Origin: an uncultured Acidobacteriaceae bacterium
Lineage (GTDB): Bacteria; Acidobacteriota; Terriglobia; Terriglobales; Acidobacteriaceae
DNA length: 64,000 nucleotides
Assembly (NCBI GenBank): GCA_963789415.1
Contig: CAWBKQ010000005.1
Coordinates: 2,232,472 to 2,296,471 of the forward strand
Direction of reading: 5' to 3'
Shown: one piece after another, positions 63,917 through 64,000 of the stretch
How positions within the stretch are numbered: position 1 is the stretch's first letter
Layout: each line of letters starts with the position of its first letter
Notes under the pieces: model-generated
What the model was told of the DNA's origin: nothing
Seen by the model: the letters and a program-made list of their open reading frames with translations, nothing else
Database searches by the model: none
Program-made: the position numbers and the translations under genes

Positions 63917-64000
63917 GATCTCTTAGAATTCGTGATCGCAACTTTGTCATTCCGAGCGGAGTAGGTGGTTCGCGAAGCGAATCACCTTACGGAGTCGGAG

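Noticed and set aside
63945-64000. GTCATTCCGAGCGGAGTAGGTGGTTCGCGAAGCGAATCACC at the window end. It looks like the start of another palindromic intergenic repeat.
   Set aside because: It is truncated by the window edge and has no second copy here, so it cannot be evaluated.

Overview
This window looks like a chromosomal core region of a roughly 57-58% GC bacterium. Protein motifs and intergenic repeat types remind me of Acidobacteriota, but that is recollection and is not verifiable here. It is dense with housekeeping genes. Left part: a truncated RlmI-like methyltransferase, hsp20-clpB, ispD-ispF, ispE, tRNA-Gln, prs-rplY-pth and rpsF-rpsR-rplI. Middle part, more accessory: an orphan tail-fibre-like secreted protein; an ECF sigma / anti-sigma / DUF4097 / tandem-PDZ module; a GAF-GAF-GGDEF cyclase; a frameshifted recG; redox enzymes; two adjacent PilZ proteins; folK; HU; two secreted amidohydrolases flanking a CBS protein; a frameshifted GNAT; rsmD; an M50-CBS protease; serA plus a class V aminotransferase; rsmI; and a Ser/Thr kinase with a beta-propeller. 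Right part: the classical translation/transcription supercluster tRNA-Thr/Tyr/Thr/Gly, tuf, rpmG, tRNA-Trp, secE, nusG, rplKAJL, rpoB, rpoC. I found no rRNA, CRISPR array, transposase, integrase or prophage. The most unusual observations are as follows. (1) rpoB carries a roughly 62-aa eight-cysteine double zinc-ribbon insertion whose first half aligns with the beta-prime zinc-binding domain encoded 4.5 kb downstream. (2) A retropepsin-like ORF with DIG instead of DTG sits between nusG and rplK, and two further ORFs lie inside the tRNA-tuf cluster. (3) Several families of intergenic hairpin repeats sit mainly at the 3' ends or leaders of translation genes. (4) recG and a GNAT gene each carry a single-nucleotide frameshift, which may be assembly error or real decay. 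All functional calls rest on motif recognition by eye. No database search was run.
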